DNA of 64,000 bases, from positions 1,674,001 to 1,738,000 of the forward strand of contig JBHGNT010000015.1 of NCBI GenBank assembly GCA_043228905.1. The letters run 5' to 3'. The notes under the pieces were generated by a model. The model did not search any database. It was not told the origin of the DNA and saw nothing but the letters and a program-made list of their open reading frames with translations. Position numbers and translations under genes: made by a program. Shown piece after piece: positions 63,073-64,000 of this stretch. Position 1 is the stretch's first letter, and every line of letters begins with the position of its first letter. The stretch is from Azolla caroliniana. Lineage: Eukaryota > Plantae > Polypodiophyta.

Positions 63073-64000
63073 TGTTATATAAGATGACAAAAATTACTTT
63101 TTATAATATATTGACTATTGCAAAAACTCTAGAACATTCTAGAACATTCTAGAATATCCTAAAACATCTTAGAATATTCTAGGTCTAGAATATTCTAGAA
63201 CATTATAGAGATCTCTAGGTTATTCTATAGGAACCTATAAATAGAGACATACAAGTATTCTCAAATCAATTCGAATCAACATCCGTCTTAAACTCTCATT
63301 GTCTATATTGTATCCATTCTCTTTCTATCTTAATACAGTCATTCTTCTCTTATTATTTCGTTCCTTTCTTCTTGTGTTCTCGTTATATCCTTCTTCCATC
63401 GCTCTATCTTTTACTCTTGGTTCTAACAATTTGATTTGAATTTTCTCTCTCTGTTATCCTCTTCTATAAACATCAGGAAGCCATGGCCGCCAACAACTCA
63501 CAAGATTATCTCACCCTTGTTGTAGAAATGGAGAATCTTAAATCCAAGTTTACATCTCTTGAATTAGAGAATCAACGTTTACTTGGAGATCTACAGAAGG
63601 TTACTATGGAGAGGCAACAACAAGAAGAAGAGTTTATGCGACGTGTTCAACAATTAGAGTCTATAATCGTAGTTTTACAACAACAAAGGGTAGAAAGTAA
63701 AGGAATTATCAAGATTCCCAAAATCAGCCTCCCAACTAAATTTGATAGATCAAGGGCGCATTTTCGAGGTTTCTTGAATCAAGTACGGTTGGTAATTCAA
63801 ATGCATCCCACGCATTATCCGACATATGCATCACGAGTCAGGTTAGTGGGCACCTTATTGACTGGCATAACATTGTTGTGGTTTGCTCCATTACTAGAGA
63901 CAAACTCTCCTCTACTGAATAACTTTGAGGAATTTATCAAAGAATTTAAGGCTTGCTTCGGAGATACAGATGGAGCAAGAACAACAATCAACAAGATTTG
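63073..64000 (+). mobile_element. Ty3/Gypsy element of a different family: 5' LTR (~63073-63428) and gag start running off the window
   Basis: TGTTA...TAACA LTR with CTAGAA repeats and TATAAATA at ~63236. ATG 63483 opens a frame to the window end with PKISLPTKFD...FRGFLNQV...LVGTLLTG...WFAPLLE...FGD. The LTR start is uncertain. Confidence 0.88.

Overview
Eukaryotic nuclear DNA from a land plant. It is probably a fern or other seed-free vascular plant, inferred from long intronless PLS-class PPR genes and tRNA-independent chromovirus-type Gypsy elements. The first ~38 kb holds six protein-coding genes with canonical GT-AG introns where spliced: an early-nodulin-like phytocyanin, two PLS-E PPR proteins, LIL3, a plastid-type cofactor-dependent phosphoglycerate mutase and a Ubl-BAG co-chaperone. 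Microsatellites and hAT-type MITEs lie between them. From ~42 kb onward is a transposon nest. It includes a 5'-truncated LINE with a TSD and a ~16 kb Ty1/Copia interval bounded by a TTGGT TSD. That interval contains Gypsy/chromovirus pieces, a MITE, a decayed hAT transposase and a 48-bp repeat array. Beyond it lie a solo LTR, a second LINE remnant and the start of another Gypsy element. The most unusual signals are in the Gypsy LTRs: Tf1-like self-priming sites instead of a tRNA PBS, a hairpin between TATA and the predicted start site, an antisense tRNA-like A-box/B-box module in U3, and a fold-back junction exactly at the self-primer. All coordinates were read by eye; no database searches were run.
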